Assembly: GCA_002269645.1 (NCBI GenBank)
Contig: NIVC01001207.1
Span: forward strand, 209,541-273,540
Length of the DNA stretch: 64,000 nucleotides
Source of the DNA: Macrostomum lignano
Taxonomy: Eukaryota
Reading direction: 5' to 3'
Below are positions 62,552 through 64,000 of the stretch, piece after piece. A program made the translations under genes and the position numbers. Within the stretch, counting starts at the first letter, position 1. The number at the start of each line of letters is the position of its first letter. Below the pieces are notes generated by a model. The model did no database searches, was not told where the DNA came from, and saw only the letters and a program-made list of their open reading frames with translations.

Positions 62552-63140
62552 GATCTGCTCCATTCCGCATAGAATTCCCCCCATTCCCCCCGAAGGATCT
62601 GCTCCATTCCGCATAGAATTCCCCCCATTCCCCCCGAAGGATCTGCTCCATTCCGCATAGAATTCCCCCCATTCCACCTAAAGGATGTGCTCCATTCCGC
62701 ATAAAATTCCCCCCATTCCACCTGAAGGATCTGCTCCATTCCGCATAAAATTCCCCCATTCCACCTGAAGGATCTGCTCCATTCCGCATAGAATTCCCCC
62801 TATTCCTCCTGAAGGATCTGCTCCATTCCACATAGAATTCCCCCCATTCCACCTGAAGGATCTGATCCATTCCGCATAGAATTCCCCCTATTCCACCTGA
62901 AGGATCTGCTCCATTCCGCATAGAATTCCCCCCATTCCACCTGAAGGATCTGCTCCATTCCGCATAGAATTCCCCCCATTCCACCTGAAGGATCTGCTCC
63001 ATTCCGCATAGAATTCCCCCTATTCCACCTGAAGGATCTGCTCAATTCCGCATAGAATTCCCCCCATTCCACCTGAAGGATCTGCTCCATTCCGCATAGA
63101 ATTCCCCCTATTCCACCTGAAGAATCTGCTCCATTCCGCT
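62552..63140. repeat. 44-bp intronic minisatellite, right part
   Basis: Same unit resumes after the hAT insertion. Confidence 0.97.
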
Positions 63141-63240
63141 CTCAATTCTTATTAGAACTGCGCGGGCACACTGAGCTGAGTGCATCGTATTGTGCGTACA
63201 GTTTAGTTTATCCAAGTTCGCCTCCCGTTGCCACTTGCAG

Positions 63241-63330
63241 ACCTACGAAAAGCGACTGAGTTTCGCCAGTTAAACGTTGGCTTCGGCGGCCGATGGCAGT
63301 ATCTAAGGGGTCAGCAGTACACAGACTTGG
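63241..63330 (+). CDS. PPARGC1: PGC-1/PPRC1-family exon 4 (…LNVGFGGRWQYLRGQQYTDL|D)
   Basis: Matches the family post-RRM motif FGGRRQF…YSDLD; acceptor TTGCAG|, donor |GTAAGA. The gene continues beyond the window. Confidence 0.8.
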
Positions 63331-63714
63331 GTAAGAGAGGGAAAGCGGGGGTTAATAAAACAAGCTTTGACCCTGTGCGCACAGTGTACATTCTGACCGT
63401 GCTACTTTGAGCTTGCGCCGCCGCAATTGAGGGAGGTGTGTCCTGCTTAGCTGTCTGTCTGTATAGAAAATAAAATAACAATTCTATATGGTCTGCTCTT
63501 TCTTAAACTGCTACGTTAGGCCTGTAACTATAGCTTGTGCTTCTGCGTTTACAGCTTGTTTTGAATAGTTCTTTGAAAATGTTTTCTTTGAAGCTAAAGA
63601 TAGAAAAACAAGAAAATGTTCTACTTATTATTACCTAGTTTCTTTTTCGGTACATGAAATGCGAATTACTAGTTTCTTTCTCTTAACTACGGTGTGACTA
63701 ATGTCAATCCGCGG

Positions 63715-64000
63715 GAAAGATTTTAGCACCGCAGGAAAGATTTTAGCGCCACAGGAGTGACTTTAGCGCCACAGGAGTGACTTTAGCGCCACAGGAGAGA
63801 TTTTAGCGCCGCAGGAGAGATTTTGGCGCCGCAGGAGAGATTTTAGCGCCACAGGAGAGATTTTAGCGCCGCAGGAGAGATTTTGGCGCCGCAGGAGAGA
63901 TTTTAGCGCCACAGGAGAGATTTTAGCGCCCCAGGAGAGATTTTGGCGCCACAGGAGTGATTTTGGCGCCGCAGAAGAGATTTTGGCGCCATAGGAGAGA
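63715..64000. repeat. 20-bp minisatellite (GAGATTTTAGCGCCACAGGA), truncated by window end
   Basis: Direct periodicity. Confidence 0.95.

Overview
Eukaryotic (metazoan) genomic DNA, not prokaryotic. It has GC-rich exons with canonical GT-AG introns, AT-rich intergenic DNA, and a different 13-70 bp minisatellite in most long introns. This architecture suggests a free-living flatworm such as Macrostomum (inference only). Six spliced genes were reconstructed by hand with consistent intron phases. (1) An acetylcholinesterase with a GPI-type last exon (+, 8554-16615). (2) A group I PAK kinase (-, 21735-28754). (3) A secreted PAN/Apple plus C-type lectin protein (+, 37631-39013). (4) A CARD-containing caspase-2-like protease (-, 40291-43885). 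(5) LRRC56 (-, 46499-51004). (6) A PGC-1/PPRC1/spargel-family coactivator (+, from 56805, running past the window end). Two orphan minus-strand exons lie near the window start. Mobile DNA comprises a 2146 bp non-autonomous TIR element with a 9 bp TSD, a degenerate hAT element with an 8 bp TSD inside a minisatellite, and two tRNA-derived SINE types. The most unusual observations are: intronic arrays whose units multiply splice signals; a ~40-fold tandem amplification of a SINE Pol III A-box; a SINE body hairpin with a compensatory change; and an isolated 28S rRNA H69-H71 fragment altered only across the R2/I-PpoI target. Most long ORFs in the supplied track are artefacts of tandem repeats. There is no CRISPR array.
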